Both the position numbers and the translations under genes were made by a program. 64,000 bases of DNA from the human T2T-CHM13v2.0 reference genome, Homo sapiens: the NCBI RefSeq assembly GCF_009914755.1, contig NC_060934.1, one strand, 5' to 3'. Below the pieces are notes generated by a model. That model made no database searches, was not told the origin of the DNA, and worked only from the letters and a program-made list of their open reading frames with translations. Positions within the stretch are counted from its first letter, which is position 1; the number at the start of each line of letters is the position of its first letter. Shown piece after piece: positions 39,991 to 52,820 of this stretch.

Positions 39991-40509
39991 TCATTACTGG
40001 CATCACATTGGCAACAGCTGTATCAATTTAACTCAAAGAGAAAAGATTCAGCTGAGTTTCAAATGGCACTTAAACATGCTTGTAAGAATTTCCAAGATTC
40101 ATCACTGTGTTATACAAAGGGAGTTCTCAGGTTATTTCCAATGACAGGCAATAGGCTGACATAAATGACAGCTTAAGTACACAGCCATTTTATATCCTTC
40201 TCTCACTCTATCCCCCAACCATTGCTTTTGATTTCAATAGCTTATGTCTACATATATCATACATTAGTCTGTACTCAGACATTCAGACTTCAAATTATTT
40301 GATCTTCAAACTTGTCATTCTTCATGTTTTTCTTCCTCATCTCATCTCCCTTGGCCTTATTTTATTTTTTATTCCCATTTTTATTCCCATTTTATTCCCA
40401 TTTTTATTACTCATTCCTTAATACCGATTCTACAGCACCCACAAATTCTCTAGGTTGTGCAGAGTGCTGGAGAAAAGAACCCTAACACTTCTCCTTAAGC
40501 CAATGACGC

Positions 40510-40670
40510 ACAAGTGTTAATGCAATAAAATCCCTAGTGAGCATATTTTAAATGCTACTGCAACCCACACAGAATCCGATTTCATAGGGCTGGGATGGGC
40601 CTAGAAGCTGCTTTGTTTAGTAGGAAGCATACGGCTGATTCTGACATAGGTCACCTGTGGATCACACTGC
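40510..40670. mobile_element. MER5-like hAT MITE
   Basis: tagggctgggatgggcctagaa..gctgattctga..tggatcacact. Confidence 0.6.
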
Positions 40671-41352
40671 CCTTCTCTTCTTTCCCCTACTATTAAGAAA
40701 GTAGCTTTCTGAACTCAACACACGCATCTCATGTCCTCTTCTCTATGAAAAAACTGGTTTTTATGTATTAGTGGTTGCGGGGGGTGGAAGTCGGGTTAAT
40801 ATTTTTATGGATGTACATTGGTCACAACTATATGGTATGAATGGACTTACTGAAAATAAAACAGAACTTTATGCCTGCAAGTAAGATCAGCACAGATTTT
40901 CTGAGATGTGTAATGATGCATACCATGGACCAAAGGGTAAAATTAAGCTCATAAGACTTTTCAGCTGTATTTGGTACTTTGGAACATGAGGGTCCTTACA
41001 GATCAATTTAAACTACCCAGACGAACTACCTGATTTAGTAATAACAGGATTTTTTTTTCTGACTTTGCAAGTTTCAATTTATAACTCCAAGTTTGGGAAA
41101 ACCATCTCAAGTTAAAGACTGGTTTTGAAAATCATTCTGTGCACCACCCCCTACTCAACGATGCAATGCATTATTGGTAATAAGCTGAAGGCATACAGCT
41201 CTGCCAAGATTTACTTCCTGTTTCTACTCAGGCTGGTTTAGTATTATTTTCCAATGTTCCAAAATTGCATGTCAGAATTTATTTGAAAACATAATAATTT
41301 GGAAGTGGATATCTTGCTAATTGGAGCATCTGTCTCTAGCTATAGCTCTTTT

Positions 41353-41426
41353 CTTCTCTTTGTGACATCCTGATTTACAATGATCATCTCACCTTCTCTT
41401 TGTGACATCCTGATTTACAATTATCA
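41353..41426 (+). repeat. 34-bp direct repeat, 40-bp period
   Basis: cttctctttgtgacatcctgatttacaat(g/t)atca at 41353-41386 and 41393-41426. Confidence 0.95.
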
Positions 41427-42291
41427 GATATTGCACAGTATTTAGGAATAATGCTGAACCTTTTTCTGTCTCTGGAATAACATAAAGTCATGTGGGTTAT
41501 GCGATTATTCTACTACCTAAGAATTATCTCTATAGTTTGTACCCTGCTGGTTTGGTTGGTTGCCAAAGTGGTGATTTATATTTGCTTGCTTCTAGACTAT
41601 GCTATTGCAATGCTTTCATAAGCAGACTGATTAGATTTTGCACAAAAAGAAACGAACACAGTTCACTTAATGAAATGTGTTATACATTGGTCCCTGTTTT
41701 CTTAGGTGTTCTCATGCCATCCATTTTGAGGTGAGATATAGAATCCATACCACTGAAGTAAAAACTCCAATTCCTATTGATTACTTTGAAGATTGTAAAT
41801 TCTATGTTTCTAGAATTAAAATTATGTCTTACATCTGGCATAGCAAAAGAGCTGCTGATATTTTGATAATTGGAAGTTTTATTCAAACAACCATATAAAC
41901 CAGAACTGATTTTGTTGCTGCTCATAGTTTTTATGCAGTTGCCATTTAGGTTTCAACATGGTGTATACATGCAACCTTATTCTTATAGTGTTGGGCCCTT
42001 TGGACTGCCTGGCATGAAGGAAATATGGTTCTGAAGAAGAAGAAGGTTTCTCACATAGTCTAACTTTCTTCCCCATGCAGCGAACCCACATCCAGCAACC
42101 CTGACTGATAGCTCTTCTGCATCCCCCAGTTACCTTCAATGACTAAGAGTTCAGTACTTTAAATGCAGCTGATACTGCTGTGAAAAATTTCTAATTGCTG
42201 ATCCCTTCTTCTTTGTCAATAGGATCTCAAGTATCCTCGTGGTACTTTCCAACCTGTATTCTAGTTTTATTTTTCTTTCTTCTGCAGCACT

Positions 42292-42727
42292 TGTTATAGA
42301 CTGAATGTTTGTGTTTGCCACAATTCATATGTTGAAACCCTTACCTCCAATGTGATGGTATGGTATCGTATTTGGAGATGGGGCCCTTGGTAGGTAATTA
42401 GGTCATGAGAGTGGAACCCTCATGATGAGATTAGTGTCCTTATAAGAAAAGACTAGAGTTTGTGCTCTCTCTCCCTCCCTGTCCCTCTCCCTTGACCCCC
42501 TCCATTTCCCTCGTTTTCTCTCCCTCTTTCTCCCCACCCACCCCCCTTTACCAAATAAGGAAACAAGTTGGCCAACTGTAAACCTGAAAGAGGATCTTCC
42601 CCAAGAACTCAACCATGCTGGCCCCCTGATCTGCAACTTCCAGGCTCCAGAACTGTGATAAATAAACATTGGTTGTTTAATCCACCAAATCTATGGTATT
42701 TTGATTATAGCAGCTACTACTAAGACA
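42292..42727 (+). mobile_element. MLT1A-type solo LTR
   Basis: TG..CA ends: tgttatagactgaatgtttgtg...ctccagaactgtgataaataaa..tatagcagc..ctaagaca. Confidence 0.92.
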
Positions 42728-43103
42728 CAAAGATTTCCACATGGTAACCATTCTAATAAAAAGACAATTAAATTTCTCTTAAGCTCTTTCTCCAGACTAA
42801 GCCTGCCCAATTTCTTTGGCTGTCCCTCACATTCATAGTTCTTAAATATTTCACTTTTGTGCTCAGATTTTTAGGAATCACTTATCTTTATCAGTTTCTC
42901 TCCCTGCCACTAATCAGCCCATGTGTTTCAGAAAATATTACTTAACTATTTCCCAATTTATAACAGACCTGCATAGGCTGATCCTTCCTACTCAAAAACT
43001 CTAGATTCTAAGAAATCCACAAAAGAAACTCGATGTAGAGAAAAAGATGAATCAGGCAAAGCACTCTGCACAACTCCATGGGAGAAAAAAAACATTAAAT
43101 TTT

Positions 43104-43395
43104 GACCAGGTGTGGTGGCTTACCCCTGTAATCCCAGCACTTTGGGAGGCCGAGGTGGGAGGATCACTTGAGGTCAGGAGTTCAAGACCAGCCTGACCAA
43201 CATGGTGAAACCCCGTCTCTACTAAAAATACAAAAATTAGCCGGGCAGTAGTGGCACGTGCCTGTAATCCCAGCTACTCAGGAGGCTAAGGCAGGAGAAC
43301 ACTTGAGCCTGGAAGGAGGACATTGCAGATAGTGCCACTGCATTCCAGCCTGGGCAACAGAGTGAGGTCTTGTCTCAAAAAACAAAACAAAAAAA
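43104..43395 (+). mobile_element. Alu (old S/J type)
   Basis: Dimer with a small right-arm deletion; TSD cattaaatttt. Confidence 0.95.
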
Positions 43396-43474
43396 CCATT
43401 AAATTTTATGTATATACCCAAAAGGATTAATGACTCAAGCTTCCTATTTATTTCCTAAAAGAATGGGCATATAA

Positions 43475-43625
43475 GTTTGAAAGGATATGACTCAAATTAT
43501 AATATAATTATTCTGGGGTAAAAGTATTGTATTAATAGATATTTTCTTTTTGTTGTTTCTGCTTATTTAAAAGTTCTAATTTTTTCTACACTGAGCTAGC
43601 ATTGTTTATGTAAATCTTTTTAAGG
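43475..43625 (+). mobile_element. L1ME4-like 3' terminus
   Basis: gaaaggatat..ttattctgggg..attttctttt..ttttttctacactgag pattern. Confidence 0.55.
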
Positions 43626-44815
43626 CAGTCACAAGCAAGACCAACTATTCTTAAACAGATTTGCCAATTAATTATTATGGGATAGATAACTTCCAAATGT
43701 TCAAACTCTGGGCATTAAAAAAACTTAGAAACCACATTTTAAAACTTTTTTGTATAAAGCAATGATTGTTTTATAACTGAGGAGGAATCATAAGAAATTA
43801 TCTATGACCCTAAAGTAAAGGCAAGAATTTTGAACAAATAATTCATCTGAAACATTCAGGCAAAAACACTGCCTCTGGCTACATTGTTTTAAATCCATTT
43901 CTTGTGAAATCTTAATGTGGAAGATACACATACAATGATGTTAGCCTACGGTAACATGCAACAGAAAATGTATTATTAAATATGGAATACTTATAAGCAT
44001 CCTTACACAAAAATGCCCAAAGTAGCCGCCTAAATTGAGACATCTAGAAAATGAAGGCATTATGTGTTGACCTGGGATAATTTGCTATGATGCTGGTAAT
44101 TTTCTATTCATTTTCTTCAGTACTTTTCAAAGACTATTGTATTTAAAAACCAAATTGCTGGTACCATGCAATTTGAAAAAAAAAATACATCAAGTACACA
44201 AATTACTGGAGACAAATGCTTCCTGTATTTTCCAACCAAGTTAGATCCACAGAAAATGTCATGTCAAAATCTTGCAGGGTCATCCTTTATATATTTGTGG
44301 ATGAATTTATTACCTTATTACCCAGACCATCCCCATTATAGAGCAAAAGTACCGCCTGTGTAATGGAAGCTTATGCAAACATTGATTTCTCATGGTTAAC
44401 TTCCAGACGTCTTCAGACTATTCTTGTGCACTCTCACAGCTTATCTCTTCACCCGGCAGCAGACAAGGGAGTTAATACACAGCGCGTGTGTGTCCATTTC
44501 CGTTAACACAATGCACGGGCTATCAGTCGCTATTAATTCCAGGAGGGTAAGGGCAGGGCAGAGGGCAGGCAAAGAGGAATCTCAGCGAAACAGCAAAAAG
44601 AATATGCGCTGTCGGATCTCTTTCTGTCAAACAGTTCAGTTGTGCACCACTGATCTTTTAAAGTCTGTGTTTGCACTACCTTCAATTACTTGCTGAAAGC
44701 AGCCCAGATTGGGTTGTACATGTCATTGTTTGTATAGCATAGAAACATGAATTAAATCTGTCAGTCTTTTGATCTGCATGCCAAGTCAACAGTGTACTCA
44801 TTGTAAGGACTTACC

Positions 44816-44841
44816 AAAAAAAAAAAAAAAAAAAAAAAAAA
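44816..44841 (+). repeat. A26 mononucleotide run
   Basis: 26 consecutive A, not attached to any retroelement. Confidence 0.97.
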
Positions 44842-46598
44842 GACTCACCTCTCTGTGTTCTGCCACGAAGAAGAGAGGAAACAATTTTTGCCCTTTTGCC
44901 TTTTTTTTTTAACACTCTTCCTGTAATATTCTTTTAAAAAGTGTCATTTATTTGTCAGTAGGAAAAAAAAAAACCTTGTCAGATACAGTTCTTAATTATA
45001 GATTTTGAGGTCTGTGAAGGCTTGTGTTACCTCTTTCTATTCAGTATACAGCTACACGAGTAACAGAGAAAGGTAAAGAGTAACACAAGGAAAATGCTGT
45101 TTCGCACAGGTCCTGGTACAGGTAAAATTCCTTCTCTTGGAATTTTTTATAAAATTGAATGTTCTGGAAACAGACAGAACATCAGACAATCTCTTGGGAA
45201 GAAAACAGAGAAGACACTGATCTCCATTCAAGCTGAAGTTCAACATTAAAAAAAAGAGAAGCCCTACCGGACAAATTAAGTTGGTACTCTTGATTCTGTT
45301 TAATCCTCAAAAATAAACATCTTATATATCAAATGTTTCAAGAAAGAGGAAAACTATCTCCAAATCATATCTTTGAAATAAAAAAATGGAAGACTAGGAA
45401 TAAAAGTTCCTTGGCTTTTTAAAATTTACCTTCTATTATGCTTAATATAAATGGAAAGAAGATGCGCGCAAAAATTTTACATTTTAATAGCCATAAATAA
45501 TTAGAAGATGGATTCCACTGATAGTTGAATAATCCTTAAACCTTAGTTTACTAACTGTTCCTTAAGTACCTAATAAGTAGAAGATTGATCCTATTTAGCC
45601 ATTGGAGGGGAAAAAGGATGGAGAAAAAGTTCAGAAGGAAAACAGAGCAAAGTGGAGAAAGGATCTCAATAATAATTTATATCATCAAACACTGAATAAC
45701 AGAGTAGGTTCTTTATGATTAAAATTCATTTTGAATTAATAATGAATCCCTTTCCCCACAAAACAAAGTGGAGGTTCCAGCATGGAAAGTTAGGGAATTT
45801 ATCTCTGAAGCTTTGGGGTTAACATCATTTTTTAACAGAGGCTACATTTGTTTTATTTTAGAAGCTTGAAAGGACTCTCCCATATGACCAACAATTAATC
45901 CAAACCAATAATATGCTGAAAAATCACTATGGCCATAATTGGAAATCACCACAAGAAGTTATATCTTTTAGGCTGAGATGGGAACAAAGACGCTACTGAA
46001 TGTGTTGTCTTGGGTCTTTTTGTCTGGCTGACCTTACTGTAGATGAAAAATCGGTGACAGCTGTAGCTGTGAACAGCACAAAGCTCTCTCTCAGTATTCC
46101 GTATAACACACACACTCCAGCTTGCTTTGCTTTGTTTCCAGAGGCATTTTATTCTCAAGTTTCAAAGCTGAGAGGCAAGAAAAAGTGCCAATTGAAAGTC
46201 AAAAACAAAACAGTGAGGAGATATACTTTAATAGATTCATCTGCATCGCTTTGTTAGTATTCTGTGATTCAGACCTCCATTTTTCCATCACTCAAATGAA
46301 GTACATCTAAGTCACATTAAGACATAATCTCTGAATAATAAATTGTCATAAGAGGGTGAATAGTTTTGGGTTTCCAATTCCAGCAAATAAAGTTTGCAAG
46401 TAGGAATATAAGAGTTGCAGGTTTTGTTTGGGCTGGTTCTAGTGCCAGCTCCCAATGTTTGATTATGTATATAAACCAAATACTTCATTCCTCTAAAGTG
46501 GCATTGAAATCTCATGAGATCATGCTTTCAAACATATTTCCAGTATTTCCTCCTTTTAAACAGGCCAGAAATATCATGTGAATACATTCTGTCTGTGT

Positions 46599-46616
46599 TT
46601 CTTCTCTCTCTCTCTC

Positions 46617-46655
<39 letters not shown>
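46599..46655 (+). repeat. (CT)n microsatellite
   Basis: About 57 bp CT run with one G interruption. Confidence 0.97.
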
Positions 46656-46659
<4 letters not shown>

Positions 46660-47284
46660 ACCCTCCCTCTCGTGTGTGTTGTTTCCGTTCACATGTTCTG
46701 GCCAGAACTTAAAGCAACCTGACTCTGAAAAATAGTCTTTGTGCTTTTTGTCAGTCATCAATGCCAACATTTGAACTAGCTTGCTGAATGTCACATATCT
46801 GAATTTCCTCATATAGGGACAGGAAGTATTGTAAGTATTTGGTCCGACTGAGATTTTGAAGCATATAAAATTTCATGATTAATAATGTATTAATCATTAT
46901 ATTAGTGAACAGATTTTTAGTGAATTAATACGAAGGGGTTAAAAGTGCACTTAAGAAAATATACACTGGTCCACATAAAATCAGGAAATTTTAAATCTGG
47001 ATATGAAGGTGATGCTATTTTCCATGCCTTGATGGGAGGCCAAAAACATAACAAAAAGATGCATCCATATAAGTGGAGGCATCCATATAAGCAACACCGA
47101 AAATGTGGCTTTTAATGAGGGCAGTAGCCACCATGTTCGTGGTACTGTTCTCTAAGCTGCACGATCAGCATCACAGTAGTTGATTTAATATGCAGCCAAT
47201 AAAATACCAGCCAAGATTCTAGGAAATCTTGCTATAGCATACCATATTCAACAGTTGAGATGGATTGAGGTCTGATAGCTTAGT

Positions 47285-47555
47285 AGTTATAAATTTGGAA
47301 TGTGGATCCATACAGACCCAAGTTTAAGTCTCAATTCTGTCACTGGCTGTGTGGCCTTGGGCAAATTACCTTACTCTCTGTGCCTGTGTAACCCACAATT
47401 AGAAGTAGGAAAAAAAAATGCTTTACAAGTTTGCACAAGAGAACTTTTGAGTTTGCTAGAAGGATTAAGAAAGAGAATTCCTGTAAAGCACTGGCAGGTA
47501 GAATGTGCTCAACAGCCTGCAACGACTGTTTACTTATTATTAACTATTATTATTA
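47285..47555 (+). mobile_element. MIR SINE
   Basis: ctggctgtgtggccttgggcaaattacctt..ctgtaaagcactggca. Confidence 0.8.
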
Positions 47556-48382
47556 TTGAATTAGAGCTTCCACCTGCTATCAGTTTTCCCCTGGGAAACA
47601 TGGTTCAATGATTTATCCCAGAGTAGTCCTTCACACTGAGTAAAACTTCCAGTGGCTTTTCAAGAGGAGACCCAAGCAGAGGGAAACAAGAAGAATAATC
47701 TGTGAGGAAGAAAGTAAAGGTGTGAGGGAAAGCTGTACTCATCAACTACTGTGATGTTGTCTTGGAACCTGTCCACCAAAGTGCTACAATTAAGCTTCAA
47801 CCACAGATCTCTAAGCTAGGACAGGAAACTAGAGGAATCTCCTAGACATTTGCCCACTTGTCACTCCAGAGATACTGGGGATGACTGGTAGAATTCTCAT
47901 TGCTTTAGAAACATACAGCAATAATGAGAGAACCACAGTTGGGCAAAATCTTAGCTCCATAAAGATTATGCAGAGTTGTAGAAAAGTACAAGTGAAGTGA
48001 GCAAGGGGTAACTTCAAAACCCCTACTGGTAAGAAATTCTAGGCTCTACCTTCCAATGTCACTCTTGAAAGCAGAACTCTGGAGCCTCGATAACACACTG
48101 CACATACACACACACTCACACTTACACATGCACACTCACATACAATCACAATTGCCCTTCTGATTTCAGAAATGGTTCCAGCACAGCCATTTGGTTTACA
48201 AATAGGGAGCTTAAAATCTAAAGCTAAGGGTTTGACCCCAAAATAATACTTAGCACACACACACTTTATATCAGTAGTTAGCCCAGAAACACTTTATGAT
48301 ATAATGCCTAATAGCTCACTAAATGGCTTTTCAGTAAAAATTATTAAAATATAATCAGTGAATGTCAAGCCAGTAAATAGCA

Positions 48383-49176
48383 ACAATATTACACCTAGTT
48401 GTTCAAGCCAAAAAAAAAAAGTTCCTTATCCTTTGCCACATCAAAACTGTTGGCATTCTTATTTTCTCTACTTCAAAATAGATTCCAAATCTGGCCACCT
48501 CTCACTGTCTCTATTCCTACTACCCTAGGCCTTGCAGCATTATTTCTTTCCTTGTCTCCCGGCTTCTACTCTCACACTTTTAGAATCCATACCTTATGCA
48601 GCAGCCAAAGAAATTTGTTTAAATGTAAATCAGATCACATCCTTCCCATTAAGGTTAATAATTCTTATAATTCTTATAGGTCATTTAACACACTTATGTC
48701 TTAGATTCACTACTTCCCATCAGATCTCCATCATCCCCCCATTGCGTAGATGAGCTGAGTTGTCCTGCTGCTGTGTTTTCCAAACTCACTTCTTATTCCT
48801 CTTACTTCTGGAGCCTGGTTCCTTGAACAGAGCCTGGCTCCTAGCTTGGGTCCTTTCCACATTCTGTTCCCTCTGCCTGGAACACTAGCCTGATTTCCCT
48901 GTGGTTGTCTCCTTGATACTATCTGGGTCTCATTGGAAAAGACACTTCCTCACAAGGACCACTCAGAGAAATGGTCACCATCCTCAGGCATTATTGCATC
49001 CCCGCTTGCCTGGCTTCACAGCCCTCACTGCTGTTTGATGGTATCTCGGTCATTTCTTTGTCTCCCTGCTGCTTACTGTCTGCCTCCCCCAGTCTAGAAT
49101 ATAAGCCCAGTGAGGGCAGGAATTTTGTCTTATTTACTGCTGAGAATAGTGTCTGAAGCATATTTTTGCTGAATAA
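48383..49176 (+). mobile_element. L2 LINE 3' region
   Basis: gcagccaaagaaatttgtttaaatgtaaatcagatcac, ctgttccctctgcctggaacac, tagaatataagcccagtgagggcagga. Confidence 0.85.
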
Positions 49177-49369
49177 GCATGTGTTGAGTGCCTGCTATGG
49201 ACAAATATGAGGGTAAGCTCTCTAGATGGATTACCTTATTGAATACTTCCCCCAATTTTTGAGGTGGGTAAAGTCAGTATCCCTGTGTACACAGAGGGAA
49301 TATGAAACAGAACAGTTAAGTCACTTGCCTGATCAGATGGCAATTGAATGATAATGTCTGTAATTTATA

Positions 49370-49610
49370 AACCAAGTCTATTGAGGTATAATTTATTGAC
49401 AGTAAGATGTTCCCATTGTAAGTGTGAAGACAAACAGGTTTTGACAAATCTATGCACCTGTGTAAACACAATTAAAATATAGACTATTTTCATCAACCCA
49501 GAGGGTTCCCTTCTTCCGTTTCCAAAGTTGCCTCCCACCAACCCTGGTCTCTGGCAATAAATGATCTGCTTTCTGTCATTATAGATTTAATACAGTATGT
49601 ACTTCCTTGT
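49370..49610 (-). mobile_element. L1MB/ME 3' end
   Basis: tattgaggtataattta..ttttgacaaat..tgatctgctttctgtcattataga. Confidence 0.8.
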
Positions 49611-49766
49611 GACATCTGTAGTTAAACTCTTATTAGAAACAATACTTGGCTACTTTGTCCCGAAAGTCATTTCTAAAGTTGCCATTGTCTTTGATGCAGG
49701 AACAGGTGACATTCAGAAGTTTAGATCAAAATTCTATATATTCCAAAATTTTTATAATAAAGGCTA

Positions 49767-50123
<357 letters not shown>

Positions 50124-50149
50124 TTAAGTTGAAAAACACTCAAAAATGA

Positions 50150-50790
50150 AACAAACTAGATTCAAATTCTGGTTTTGCCTCTTACTAGGTTTTGTGGCTT
50201 TGGACTAGTTTTTCACATACCAAGCCTGTTTTCTCATCTGCATGAAAAATAGAGGTTATTATAAACACGTGGCAGAGATGGTAAAAGGTTATGAGAGATC
50301 ATGTAATTAACATAAAGCGCAAGTGTCTACACATAACAGGCCATTGATAGCCATAGTGCACTATTATTTCTATTCCAGAAGCTGGACCATACTGCCTTAA
50401 ATTATTTTCAAAGTATCACAATTGCCTATGGAGACTCAGGCATCTCTGTAAAGTAGATTAAGTAATTATCCCTCAGATTGTTCAGATGGAGAAGCCAAAG
50501 CAAAGAACAGTCAAAGCAACTTCCACAGGCTGCAAACAGAGTTGTTGGCAGAGTAAGGTCAAGAACTCAAGATTTTTCTAAAGAATCTCAAAGTAATTCA
50601 TGTACTTTATTCATTGCCACTATAGTCCTGCTAAGCTGGTAGGAGGAAACTGCTGTCACTGCATTTGGTAAATGGTGAATCTAAGACATATGAATGCTAA
50701 ATGACCTATAAGAATTATTAATGTTAAACAATGACAGAGCAAGGACTAAAACCTTAGCCTATGGATCTGCCATTTTCTTAACACTGAACT
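50150..50790. mobile_element. Three MIR fragments (+ ~50150-50340; - ~50440-50580; - ~50620-50790)
   Basis: MIR core remnants in both orientations. Confidence 0.6.
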
Positions 50791-51877
50791 TCCCTATCCC
50801 ACAAACTTTTAAACTGGAGCTCTACAAAAATGAATTACTGATCAGCACACTCAGAAAAAAAAAATGAAGAGAACAGAGAGACAGAAGGGAAATGGAAAGA
50901 ACTCTTAGGAAATTTGACGGAATAAAGATAAACACTGAAAATGGTAGAAGTTGTGAATATGGCCCATATGTTCTTCTGGAGCCTGAAATTACCAAGACAA
51001 ATAGGTGGGAATATATGACTGCTAGACAGACAATGTACCAGAGATATCCATCTAGGGATATAGTAATCAAAGTGTTATCAAGAAACGTGTCTTCAGGATC
51101 ATGGAGAATATGCTATTCTGATGATGACTCAGAAATTTCAAAATTCTTGGTTTGTGCCTGCATAAAATGAGTTATTGGCTTGAAACAGAACAGAGAAGAC
51201 AGACTTGCAATGCAGAAAATATTTTACTCCTTTTTAACTAGCTCTTTGCAAAAGAATGTTATGATAGTTGGTGAAGAAGCACTTTCTAAAATAAGAATAT
51301 CTGTTTTGGGCACAGAACAATTCTTAATATTTCCATGTTTTAAAAGCAGTAGTTTTCCAGCACTGTTTAAAAATTAATAACTATGATGTTCCAGAATTCT
51401 TGTGCCTCCTTTCTGAAGACAGACTGGGGAGGAGGCTTTTGCCGATATTAAGTCATGAGCTATATAAGGCATACCTCTTGAATACTTGCTGGCACTGACT
51501 TAATTCTACTGTCTACATGATAACCTACATTTTTTTCCCCTTTAAGATACAGCAGAGTGAAGGCAATACCTTTATCTTTTTGATGGAGATAGAGAATTTC
51601 ATTTTCTAGAGAGATACTTTCTGAGAATTTCTAAGGACACTTAATTCCCAGGAGGGCTTAATGAACACCACAGGTCAAGGACAATTTAAATATGTCAAGC
51701 ACAATTTAAGAACAGTCCTGCCTAGAGGCAGAATGACACATCTTAGTGGGAGGTGTTTGAATTATGCTGGAATTCAGAACATGCGATGACGCACTATAGT
51801 ATTTACTTCAGTTCTTTCCTACCCCTGACTCTTAAGTAATCAAAAGAGAAAAACAACATTTCACGTTTCTTCATGCT

Positions 51878-51908
51878 TGGGCTGTGTGGGCTGTGTGGGC
51901 TGTGTGGG

Positions 51909-51956
<48 letters not shown>
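51878..51956 (+). repeat. (TGGGCTGTG)3+ nonamer repeat followed by (TG)22
   Basis: Read directly. Confidence 0.97.
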
Positions 51957-51958
<2 letters not shown>

Positions 51959-52719
51959 TGGAGAGAGAATGTCTTCCCTCCTTATGGAAGTAGCATGACA
52001 CTCTTAGAGTTTGAGCTTCAGAGTTCAACTTTCACAATTGGTCTAAGACAGAAAAGATAACTGGAAAAAGATAGATACTTAGCAAAACTGAAAAATCAGC
52101 AAAAAGAATCAACAATGTCTTTTTATGGGACCACAGGTACCCTTCTTCCCCAGTGTGTGACTTTGTGAAATCTCTTATATATGCTCTGTTTTCCCCAACC
52201 TAACGACCACACTCCACCACTTCACCCACATTAAATGGCACCCCATCCAAAAACCATAAACTTGAACTTTCCTGAGCTCTTGTTAAAGGATTGAACTAGG
52301 CCCTTTCCCCTTCAAGGCACAATGGCATGTGATTGCAAATGTATCCAATTTGGCTTGCATAGCATCTTGTCAGATCCGATTCAGTGCCACTCATTAAAAA
52401 CAAAGAGTGCTCACCTCTAATCTGAATTTTGTACTTTTTGAGAAGAACTGGAAGATCTGAAGATACTGGGCTCACCATCCTGAAAGGCAACAGCCTCCAA
52501 GAGAGGAGTCTCTCCTGCCCCTTTAGACAGGTCATGCGCATTGCTGTTTACCAACTTCCCAGAGGGCTCCCTCTATGTTTGTTACTGTTGACTGCGGGGA
52601 GGGGTGCGTGGTTAGGGACTTTCAGTCAATGCCAGCATGTGGCCCATGAGAACAGAGAGGGTGGCCCCCCTTTAGAAGCACAGAGGGGAGCGGGGTGCAG
52701 TAATGTGCACATGCAGCTC

Positions 52720-52820
52720 TAGTCACTTGCTGGGAGGGAGACTGAGGCCGGAGGATCATTTGAACACAGGAGTTCAAGGCCAGTCGGACAACATAGTGAG
52801 ACCCAGTCTTTAAAAAAAGT
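52720..52820 (+). mobile_element. Free Alu monomer (FLAM/FRAM-like) fragment
   Basis: gagactgaggccggaggatcatttgaacacaggagttcaaggccag..caacatagtgagaccc plus A tail. Confidence 0.85.

Larger units (their letters stand above)
44340..46850 (-). promoter_or_regulatory. Putative alternative-promoter / non-coding 5' exon cluster of a minus-strand gene
   Basis: TE-free block; ~10 CpGs in 44400-44620; minus-strand donors TTG|GTAAGT (44815), GAG|GTGAGT (44849), GAG|GTAACA (45031), AGG|GTGAGT (46662). Confidence 0.55.

Noticed and set aside
43421-43496. Paired aaaggat..TGACTCA AP-1 sites
   Set aside because: The second copy lies in an L1ME 3' end and is explicable by drift; there is no other support
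44340-46850. Naming the host gene
   Set aside because: No coding exon in the window. The architecture fits many large minus-strand genes and I could not match it to a remembered mRNA; BLAT would settle it.
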